Assembly: GCF_000195955.2 (NCBI RefSeq)
Contig: NC_000962.3
Location: 1,230,001 to 1,262,000 of the forward strand
Source of the DNA: Mycobacterium tuberculosis H37Rv
Lineage (GTDB): Bacteria > Actinomycetota > Actinomycetes > Mycobacteriales > Mycobacteriaceae
Length of the DNA stretch: 32,000 nucleotides
Reading direction: 5' to 3'
Shown here: in pieces, positions 9,329 through 16,151 of the stretch
Numbering within the stretch: position 1 is the first letter of the stretch
How the letters are laid out: each line of letters starts with the position of its first letter
The notes under the pieces: model-generated
What the model was told of the DNA's origin: nothing
The model's database searches: none
Seen by the model: the letters and a program-made list of their open reading frames with translations, nothing else
Position numbers and translations under genes: made by a program

Positions 9329-9415
9329 GCGGGAAAGCCGGGACGCAGCCAGAGCCCAGATCCCATGGCATCATTGCTTGCATCGAGTGATGCATGTATT
9401 GATGGGAGTTGGTGA

Positions 9416-9613
9416 ATGAGGACGACGGTGACCGTTGACGACGCCTTGTTAGCCAAAGCGGCCGAATTGACTGGGGTGAAAGAGAAGTCGACGCTCCTGC
9501 GCGAGGGGTTGCAGACACTGGTCCGGGTGGAGAGCGCCCGGCGGTTGGCGGCTCTCGGCGGCACCGACCCGCAAGCTACCGCGGCGCCGAGACGCCGGAC
9601 GTCGCCCCGGTGA
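9416..9613 (+). CDS. vapB32: VapB-family antitoxin (type II TA)
   Basis: 65-aa ORF MRTTVTVDDALLAKAAELTGVKEKSTLLREGLQTLV, typical of a VapB/DUF2191 antitoxin. RBS GGGAG at 9404-9408. Its stop overlaps the toxin start (GTGA). Confidence 0.88.
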   Translation: MRTTVTVDDALLAKAAELTGVKEKSTLLREGLQTLVRVESARRLAALGGTDPQATAAPRRRTSPR

Positions 9614-9984
9614 TCCTGGTCGACACTTCGGTATGGATTGAGCACCTGCGCGCCGCCGACGCGCGACTCGTCGAGCTGCTGGGCGATGACGAGGCCGGTT
9701 GCCATCCGCTCGTCATCGAGGAGCTGGCGCTTGGCTCGATCAAGCAGCGAGACGTTGTTCTCGATCTGTTGGCCAACCTCTACCAGTTTCCGGTGGTGAC
9801 CCACGACGAAGTGTTGCGGCTTGTCGGTCGGCGGCGGTTGTGGGGTCGGGGACTCGGTGCCGTCGATGCCAACCTTCTTGGTTCGGTGGCTCTGGTTGGC
9901 GGCGCGCGACTATGGACGCGGGACAAGCGGTTGAAGGCGGCGTGCGCGGAAAGCGGTGTTGCGCTGGCTGAGGAAGTGTCCTGA
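9610..9984 (+). CDS. vapC32: PIN-domain ribonuclease toxin VapC
   Basis: 124-aa ORF MILVDTSVWIEHLR...HPLVIEELALG...GAVDANLL...LWTRDKRL, with the PIN acidic residues in the usual spacing. Confidence 0.88.
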   Translation: MILVDTSVWIEHLRAADARLVELLGDDEAGCHPLVIEELALGSIKQRDVVLDLLANLYQFPVVTHDEVLRLVGRRRLWGRGLGAVDANLLGSVALVGGARLWTRDKRLKAACAESGVALAEEVS

Positions 9985-10186
9985 GTTGTATACCGTCAGC
10001 GTTGCTGGGAGTAATCGACCCGGTGCCGCGTGGCGCATGTTCGGCCATGTTCATTGCCCGATTTGGCGCGATAGCGTGATTTATGTTGATTTGTTACATT
10101 CGCACTGAACCCTTCCGTATCTATTTTTATATTGTTGCGTGACATATCCGCTGTACGCGTGGGACGGGCCATTATTTGGATAATGC

Positions 10187-10885
10187 GTGATAAGCACCAC
10201 AAGAATTGATTTCCTATGGATATTGTCGGTAGCGTTCGCGTCCATGATTGCTCTTGCAACGCTGTTGACGCTTATCAATCAAGTCGTCGGCACTCCGTAT
10301 ATTCCCGGTGGCGATTCTCCCGCCGGGACCGACTGCTCGGAGCTGGCTTCGTGGGTATCGAATGCGGCGACGGCCAGGCCGGTTTTCGGAGATAGGTTCA
10401 ACACCGGCAACGAGGAAGCCGCCTTGGCGGCTCGGGGCTTTCAACAGGGAACCGCCCCCAATGCCTTGGTGATCGGTTGGAATGGCCACCACACGGCGGT
10501 GACGCTGCCCGATGGCACGCCCGTATCCAGTGGTGAAGGCGGTGGCGTGCGGGTCGGTGGCGGTGGCGCCTACCAGCCCAAATTCACCCACCACATGTAT
10601 CTGCCGATGGATGTGGACGCGGGAGAAGACCAGCCGCCGGCGCCAGATGAGCCGGTCACCGCGGTCGACGACGTGGAACCGGAAATGCCTGCACCGTGCC
10701 CGACCCAGCGCCCGCCGGTGACCCCGAGACATAACCTGTGCAACAAACTCCGGACTATGCCAGGGGCGCTCTCGGCCGCGCTGGCCGCGGCGGCGCCGGT
10801 CTGGCCGGCCCCTATAAGCGGCTGCCGCGGGTTCAGCACGTCCCTCTTAGCAAAAAGAAATCACCCAGTAATCGTCGGGAAATAG
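10187..10885 (+). CDS. Exported protein with a degenerate NlpC/P60-like cysteine peptidase core and a Pro-rich C-terminus
   Basis: GTG start, N-terminal TM/signal segment FLWILSVAFASMIALATLLTLI, then YIPGGDSPAGTDCSELASWV (compare Y-x-W-G-G-x-x-P-x-G-x-D-C-S-G-L) and NGHHTAVTLPDGTPVSSGE (His region). The gene sits in AT-rich DNA. The C-terminal about 60 aa are of doubtful coding quality. Confidence 0.7.
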   Translation: MISTTRIDFLWILSVAFASMIALATLLTLINQVVGTPYIPGGDSPAGTDCSELASWVSNAATARPVFGDRFNTGNEEAALAARGFQQGTAPNALVIGWNGHHTAVTLPDGTPVSSGEGGGVRVGGGGAYQPKFTHHMYLPMDVDAGEDQPPAPDEPVTAVDDVEPEMPAPCPTQRPPVTPRHNLCNKLRTMPGALSAALAAAAPVWPAPISGCRGFSTSLLAKRNHPVIVGK

Positions 10886-10948
10886 AGTGTACCCAAACCA
10901 ATCCTTCCGTGGCGGAAATATTCTTGGCGCTTCTCCAACGCCTTCGCC

Positions 10949-10972
10949 AAATCGTTGTCCACGGAACGATTT
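10949..10972. terminator. AT-rich hairpin between convergent genes (weak bidirectional terminator candidate)
   Basis: AAATCGTT (10949-10956) / loop GTCCACGG / AACGATTT (10965-10972), a perfect 8-bp stem followed by T-rich sequence on the + strand. It lies about 65 nt after the stop of the 10187-10885 gene and about 60 nt after the end of the minus-strand PE remnant. Confidence 0.3.
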
Positions 10973-11032
10973 CACTTATGCAAGCACGGCGCTGCCATAC
11001 GGATGTGTAGTCGAATGGCCGACGAACCGCGC

Positions 11033-11390
11033 TTAGAAGCCGGCGCGCACCCCTTCGAAGAGGGCCGGGACAAGGCCCCCGAACTTCGTGCCACTCAGAT
11101 GGACCATGTCCGGTTCACCGAAGGTCGGCGTGAACGTAACCGTGACCGGCTCGAGCGGAGCCAGCAGTTCCGCCAACCGGGTCGCTGACAGCGACCAACT
11201 CGTATCCGTACTCCGGTGACACGTCAATCGACTGCGATATCGACGTCTGGCCGAACAAGAAACCGTTGACGGCGTTGCCCGGAGCCTGCAGAACCGCACC
11301 GGTGGCCCCCAACAGGTTCCCGCTATGCAGCGCACCGACAAATGCCGTGTTGCTGTCCTGCAACCCCCTGACCGTGCCCAGGGCACCCAT
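11033..11390 (-). pseudogene. Frameshifted, N-terminally truncated remnant resembling the C-terminal domain of non-PGRS PE proteins
   Basis: Two minus-strand frames join sensibly at about 11187-11197. The first reads MGALGTVRGLQDSNTAFVGALHSGNLLGATGAVLQAPGNAVNGFLFGQTSISQSIDVSPEYGYELVAVS. The second reads ATRLAELLAPLEPVTVTFTPTFGEPDMVHLSGTKFGGLVPALFEGVRAGF*. No PE N-terminal domain lies upstream. The family assignment is from recollection (Rv1116A-like). Confidence 0.5.
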
Positions 11391-11632
11391 ACGTCATCGT
11401 CGAGCACACAGCGTAGCCGCCGGGCGCTCCGGCTCTGGGTGAAATGACGCTGGGGCCTCAAGGCCAGCACCGGTTACCCACTTCTCGGCCCCGGGAGCGC
11501 ACCATGCGCACGGCGATGTCGCCCCGTCAGGCATGTGCCCAAACCGTGGACAACGCACGTTGTCACCGTTTATCGTGAGCGCAAAGTGGGAGTATGGAGT
11601 GTACGTGCCCGGCCCGGGTACCCTGAGCGGCA

Positions 11633-11956
11633 ATGATCTTCATCGTCGTCAAGTTCGAGACCAAACCCGAGTGGACCGAGCGCTGGCCGGATTTGGTCGC
11701 ATCGTTCACCGCGGCCACGCGTGCCGAAGAGGGCAACCTATGGTTCGAGTGGTCCCGCAGCCTCGACGACCCGGCCGAGTACGTCCTGGTCGAATCCTTC
11801 CGTGACGGCGAGGCCGGCGGCGTACACGTCAACAGCGATCACTTCAGGCAGGCCATGCGGGAACTGCCGAAGGCACTGGCGTCCACCCCCAAGATCATCA
11901 GCCAAACCATCGATGCGACGGGTTGGTCGGCGATGGGGGAGATGACGGTCGGGTAA
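11633..11956 (+). CDS. Antibiotic-biosynthesis-monooxygenase (ABM/Dabb) domain protein
   Basis: 107-aa ORF MIFIVVKFETKPEW...GNLWFEWSRSLDDPAEYVLVESFRDGEAGGVHVNSDHFRQA, the classic ferredoxin-like ABM pattern. Confidence 0.85.
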   Translation: MIFIVVKFETKPEWTERWPDLVASFTAATRAEEGNLWFEWSRSLDDPAEYVLVESFRDGEAGGVHVNSDHFRQAMRELPKALASTPKIISQTIDATGWSAMGEMTVG

Positions 11957-11970
11957 CCGGCGAGGCCCGA

Positions 11971-12831
11971 TCAGCCGCCCACGTCGACCGCGATTTCGTG
12001 ACCCAGCCGATAACCCGGCGCCAGGGGCAGCGAGTCACCGCTCCAGAACTTGCCGGGGTCGAACCAGTGCGCGTCCTTGTCGGTGACCAGCAATCCCATT
12101 TCCTCATAGGTGATGGCCACCGTCTCCGCGCAATATGCCGTCGCCAGGCCCATCGTGCGCTGCTGTTGCTTACGTCGCTGGGTTTGTTCGCGCACCTTGC
12201 GGTCCAGCACCGGTATGCCGCGCAGCCAATCGTTGAGGGTCGGAAGCCGGCCGCGCAGCCACCGGCCGGTCAACCGGGCGGTGGTTGGGAAAGGCGTGCC
12301 GTTCATCCGCGCGATGACCCGCAGCAGTTTGTCCTCCTGGTCGCGATTGGCGTGCGGTGTCAGTTGACGCAGCCAGCACCGCTGCCGATAACGGCCGGCC
12401 CACTGCTGCACGACTTGGCGGGCGTCGTTGAGCTGCACGCCGCGGTGGTTGGTGCCGGTCCATACGTCGAGCAGCTTGTCGCCCAGTTCGGCATGCCAGA
12501 TCAGCGGCGGCAAGTCGTCGATGGCCACCGTCATGCCGACGTGGTTCACCGGGGCGTTCGTCAAGGTCTGGATCGCCCGGTCGGGTCGGGAACGGCCGCG
12601 AAACAGCCAGAGGTCGCCGGTGCGGGTTTCGTTCAGCGCTCGATCCAGCGCTAGCGTGCTCGGGTCCACCCCATGCACCATAGGCGGATATAGCCTGTCG
12701 GGGTGCGCAACGTGTGGAAGTGGGTCGGGCTGGCCGGTGTCGCCGGCGTCGTCGCGGGTGGCGCCCTGGTGGCGCGCGATCAACGGAAACGACGTGCCTA
12801 CACGCCCGACGAGGTGCGGGCCCGATTGCAC
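11971..12831 (-). CDS. Permuted papain-fold (YiiX/YaeF, NlpC/P60 superfamily-like) hypothetical protein
   Basis: The His-containing segment GDLWLFRGRSRPDRAIQTLTNAPVNHVGMTV precedes the Cys segment TAYCAETVAITYEEMGLL, which is the circularly permuted order. The longest ORF starts at GTG 12831. The conserved-looking part begins at ATG 12681 (MVHGVDPSTL...), and I consider that start at least as likely. Confidence 0.75.
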   Translation of the reverse strand: MQSGPHLVGRVGTSFPLIARHQGATRDDAGDTGQPDPLPHVAHPDRLYPPMVHGVDPSTLALDRALNETRTGDLWLFRGRSRPDRAIQTLTNAPVNHVGMTVAIDDLPPLIWHAELGDKLLDVWTGTNHRGVQLNDARQVVQQWAGRYRQRCWLRQLTPHANRDQEDKLLRVIARMNGTPFPTTARLTGRWLRGRLPTLNDWLRGIPVLDRKVREQTQRRKQQQRTMGLATAYCAETVAITYEEMGLLVTDKDAHWFDPGKFWSGDSLPLAPGYRLGHEIAVDVGG

Positions 12832-12912
12832 CAGAGGCTGGACGAATCCGACGTCGACGGTTATCAGTCCAGGTCCGGCCCGGGTGCCGCGTCGAGCGAG
12901 AACAGGCGATAG
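12703..12912 (+). CDS. Candidate unannotated small single-pass membrane protein
   Basis: GTG start, sequence [49 protein letters not shown]...: a clean TM helix, a positive patch and an amphipathic helix. It lies codon-on-codon antisense to the dubious 5' extension of the 11971-12831 ORF, and its 3' 49 nt overlap the end of the cyclase pseudogene. GC3 is the same on both strands (about 81% by hand count), so composition does not decide between them. Confidence 0.35.
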   Translation: MRNVWKWVGLAGVAGVVAGGALVARDQRKRRAYTPDEVRARLHQRLDESDVDGYQSRSGPGAASSENRR

Positions 12913-13504
12913 CTGCCGAAACGGATATCGGCACAGTCGCTGACGGCGTCGTGCACCGGTTCGCCTACCAGGATCTGGCCGCCGACCGCTTGCCCCGCAA
13001 CCCGAGCGGTCATTGCGACGTTGCGGCCGAACAGATCGTCACCGTGCCGCACCGAGCGCCCCATGTGGTGCCGATCCGCACCCGAATTCCCTGGTTCCGC
13101 TTACGCTTTGCGCTGTTGCGCAGCGCGTCCTGGATGTCGATGCCGCACCGCACCGCCTGTTCGGCGCGGGCGAACGCGATCATGAACCCGTCACCCTGAC
13201 TCGTGACCATGTGCCCGGACCAGCGCCGCACCAGCTCATGAACCAGCTTGTCATGCGCGCCAATCAACTTGACCCATGTGCGATCCCCGATTCGTTCGTC
13301 GAGCGCGGTGGACTCCTCGATGTCGGAGAACAGGATCACCACCCGGCCGTCCGGGGTTACCCGAGCCAGGTCGGGACGCTCTACCTCGGCCCAGTCGGCG
13401 GGGTCCTCGATCGAGCTGCGCACGGCCGCTCCGAACCCTTCTTTGCGCACCAGGTTCGCGGTCTGCCAGACCGTCTTTACCGCTTCACGACCACCCGACA
13501 GCAT
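12864..13504 (-). pseudogene. Class III adenylyl/guanylyl cyclase catalytic domain split by one frameshift
   Basis: The upstream piece reads ...[75 protein letters not shown]...IRVRIGT. The downstream piece, in another frame, reads [37 protein letters not shown]... Inserting one base at about 13066-13070 restores [21 protein letters not shown], the family consensus. Confidence 0.85.
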
Positions 13505-13706
13505 TGCGGGCGTCGAGCCGCTCCCGCGGTTGCTCGGTTTCCTGGCGTATCCGCCTCAGCCGGATGCGCATCGGGACGAGTCCGCCGGCCTCGATCGTGG
13601 CGATCCCGGCCAGGATGTAGACCGCGATCTGCAGCGTCGGGTTGTCGGGCCAATGGGCTAGGGTTGAGTTCGGCCGCCGCGGGAAAGCAAGTCTGGAGGT
13701 GCGGGT

Positions 13707-15107
13707 TTGGTTGACGGCGGAGGTGGCGCGTCAGATCTGTTGGTGATCTTCGGAATTACCGGTGACCTGGCCCGCAAGATGACCTTCCGCGCGTTGTATC
13801 GGCTCGAGCGCCACCAGTTGCTGGACTGCCCCATCCTGGGTGTGGCCAGTGACGACATGTCCGTCGGGCAGTTGGTCAAGTGGGCTCGCGAGTCCATCGG
13901 TCGTACCGAAAAGATCGACGATGCGGTGTTCGACCGGTTGGCGGGCCGGTTGTCCTACCTGCACGGTGACGTCACCGACAGCCAGCTCTACGATTCGCTG
14001 GCCGAACTGATTGGCTCGGCCTGTCGGCCGCTGTATTACCTGGAAATGCCGCCGGCGCTGTTCGCGCCGATTGTCGAAAATCTCGCGAACGTGCGGCTGT
14101 TGGAGCGCGCACGCGTTGCCGTGGAAAAGCCGTTCGGCCACGACCTGGCCTCCGCGCTCGAACTCAACGCCCGGCTGCGAGCGGTGTTGGGCGAAGACCA
14201 AATCCTGCGTGTGGACCACTTTCTGGGCAAGCAGCCCGTCGTCGAGCTGGAGTACCTGAGGTTCGCCAATCAGGCGTTAGCCGAGCTCTGGGATCGCAAC
14301 AGCATCTCCGAGATCCACATCACCATGGCCGAGGACTTCGGGGTGGAGGACCGCGGCAAGTTTTACGACGCCGTCGGTGCCCTGCGTGACGTCGTGCAAA
14401 ACCATCTGCTGCAGGTGCTGGCGCTGGTGACGATGGAACCGCCGGTCGGTTCCAGCGCCGATGACCTCAACGACAAGAAGGCCGAGGTCTTCCGGGCGAT
14501 GGCGCCGCTGGATCCCGATCGGTGCGTGCGTGGGCAGTACCTCGGCTACACCGAAGTTGCGGGCGTAGCAAGCGATTCGGCGACCGAAACGTATGTCGCG
14601 CTGCGAACCGAGATCGACAACTGGCGCTGGGCCGGGGTGCCGATCTTCGTGCGGGCCGGAAAAGAGCTGCCCGCGAAGGTCACCGAAGTACGGCTATTTC
14701 TACGCCGAGTTCCGGCATTGGCCTTTCTGCCCAACCGCCGACCGGCCGAGCCCAACCAGATTGTGCTGCGTATCGACCCCGATCCGGGTATGCGACTGCA
14801 GATTTCGGCCCACACCGACGACTCGTGGCGAGATATCCACCTGGACTCCTCGTTCGCGGTGGACCTCGGTGAACCGATACGACCCTATGAGCGGCTGCTG
14901 TATGCCGGATTGGTCGGCGATCACCAGTTGTTCGCCCGCGAGGACAGCATCGAGCAGACGTGGCGGATCGTGCAGCCGCTGCTCGACAACCCGGGTGAAA
15001 TCCATCGGTACGATCGCGGTTCCTGGGGTCCGGAAGCCGCGCAGTCGTTGCTGCGCGGTCACCGCGGTTGGCAGTCGCCGTGGCTGCCCCGCGGCACGGA
15101 CGCATGA
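13707..15107 (+). CDS. zwf1: Glucose-6-phosphate 1-dehydrogenase
   Basis: TTG start, NADP motif LVIFGITGDLARKM, active-site motif RVDHFLGKQPV, 466 aa. Confidence 0.93.
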   Translation: MVDGGGGASDLLVIFGITGDLARKMTFRALYRLERHQLLDCPILGVASDDMSVGQLVKWARESIGRTEKIDDAVFDRLAGRLSYLHGDVTDSQLYDSLAELIGSACRPLYYLEMPPALFAPIVENLANVRLLERARVAVEKPFGHDLASALELNARLRAVLGEDQILRVDHFLGKQPVVELEYLRFANQALAELWDRNSISEIHITMAEDFGVEDRGKFYDAVGALRDVVQNHLLQVLALVTMEPPVGSSADDLNDKKAEVFRAMAPLDPDRCVRGQYLGYTEVAGVASDSATETYVALRTEIDNWRWAGVPIFVRAGKELPAKVTEVRLFLRRVPALAFLPNRRPAEPNQIVLRIDPDPGMRLQISAHTDDSWRDIHLDSSFAVDLGEPIRPYERLLYAGLVGDHQLFAREDSIEQTWRIVQPLLDNPGEIHRYDRGSWGPEAAQSLLRGHRGWQSPWLPRGTDA

Positions 15108-15128
15108 GTTCAAGGAGACGAAAAGGCG

Positions 15129-16151
15129 ATGCAACTAGGAATGATCGGTCTGGGCCGGATGGGTGCGAATATCGTCCGCCGCTTGGCCAAAGGTGGACAC
15201 GACTGCGTGGTCTACGACCACGACCCCGACGCGGTCAAGGCGATGGCCGGGGAGGACCGGACCACCGGGGTGGCCTCGTTGCGTGAGTTGTCTCAGCGGC
15301 TCTCCGCCCCGCGAGTTGTCTGGGTGATGGTGCCCGCGGGGAACATCACCACCGCGGTGATCGAAGAGCTGGCCAACACGCTCGAGGCCGGCGACATTGT
15401 GATCGACGGTGGCAACACCTATTATCGCGACGATCTGCGGCACGAAAAGCTGTTGTTCAAGAAGGGAATTCACCTACTCGACTGTGGCACCAGCGGCGGT
15501 GTGTGGGGTCGGGAACGTGGCTACTGCCTGATGATCGGCGGGGATGGCGACGCGTTCGCGCGCGCGGAGCCGATCTTCGCCACCGTCGCGCCGGGGGTGG
15601 CGGCCGCCCCGCGCACCCCGGGCCGAGACGGTGAGGTCGCGCCATCGGAACAAGGCTATTTGCATTGTGGGCCTTGCGGTTCGGGTCACTTCGTGAAGAT
15701 GGTCCACAACGGCATCGAATACGGGATGATGGCCTCCTTGGCGGAGGGATTGAACATCCTGCGCAATGCCGACGTCGGCACCCGCGTGCAACACGGTGAC
15801 GCCGAAACCGCGCCGCTGCCGAATCCCGAGTGCTACCAGTACGACTTCGACATCCCGGAGGTCGCCGAGGTATGGCGGCGGGGCAGCGTGATCGGCTCCT
15901 GGCTGCTGGATTTGACCGCGATCGCGCTGCGCGAATCACCTGACCTAGCGGAATTCTCCGGACGGGTCTCCGACTCTGGCGAGGGCCGGTGGACCGCCAT
16001 CGCGGCGATCGACGAGGGCGTGCCCGCGCCGGTGCTGACCACCGCGCTGCAGTCCCGCTTCGCCTCGCGTGACCTCGACGACTTCGCCAACAAGGCGCTG
16101 TCGGCGATGCGCAAGCAGTTCGGCGGACACGCCGAGAAACCGGCTAACTAA
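15129..16151 (+). CDS. gnd2: 6-phosphogluconate dehydrogenase, short (Gnd-like, about 340 aa) form
   Basis: RBS AAGGAG upstream, Rossmann motif MIGLGRMGANIVRRL, and GSGHFVKMVHNGIEYGMM. It starts 21 nt after zwf1. Confidence 0.92.
   Translation: MQLGMIGLGRMGANIVRRLAKGGHDCVVYDHDPDAVKAMAGEDRTTGVASLRELSQRLSAPRVVWVMVPAGNITTAVIEELANTLEAGDIVIDGGNTYYRDDLRHEKLLFKKGIHLLDCGTSGGVWGRERGYCLMIGGDGDAFARAEPIFATVAPGVAAAPRTPGRDGEVAPSEQGYLHCGPCGSGHFVKMVHNGIEYGMMASLAEGLNILRNADVGTRVQHGDAETAPLPNPECYQYDFDIPEVAEVWRRGSVIGSWLLDLTAIALRESPDLAEFSGRVSDSGEGRWTAIAAIDEGVPAPVLTTALQSRFASRDLDDFANKALSAMRKQFGGHAEKPAN

Noticed and set aside
10955-11188. 77-aa + strand ORF (an annotated-style hypothetical gene in this position)
   Set aside because: It lies exactly antisense to the PE-type remnant, has Arg/Glu-rich low-complexity sequence and no RBS. 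It is more likely a by-product of the decayed minus-strand gene.
13658-13897. 79-aa minus-strand ORF overlapping the zwf1 5' end
   Set aside because: It is antisense to the conserved NADP-binding N-terminus of G6PD and has no protein-like features. The nearby TM-like minus-strand reading belongs to a different frame and is discussed separately as a low-confidence cyclase fragment.
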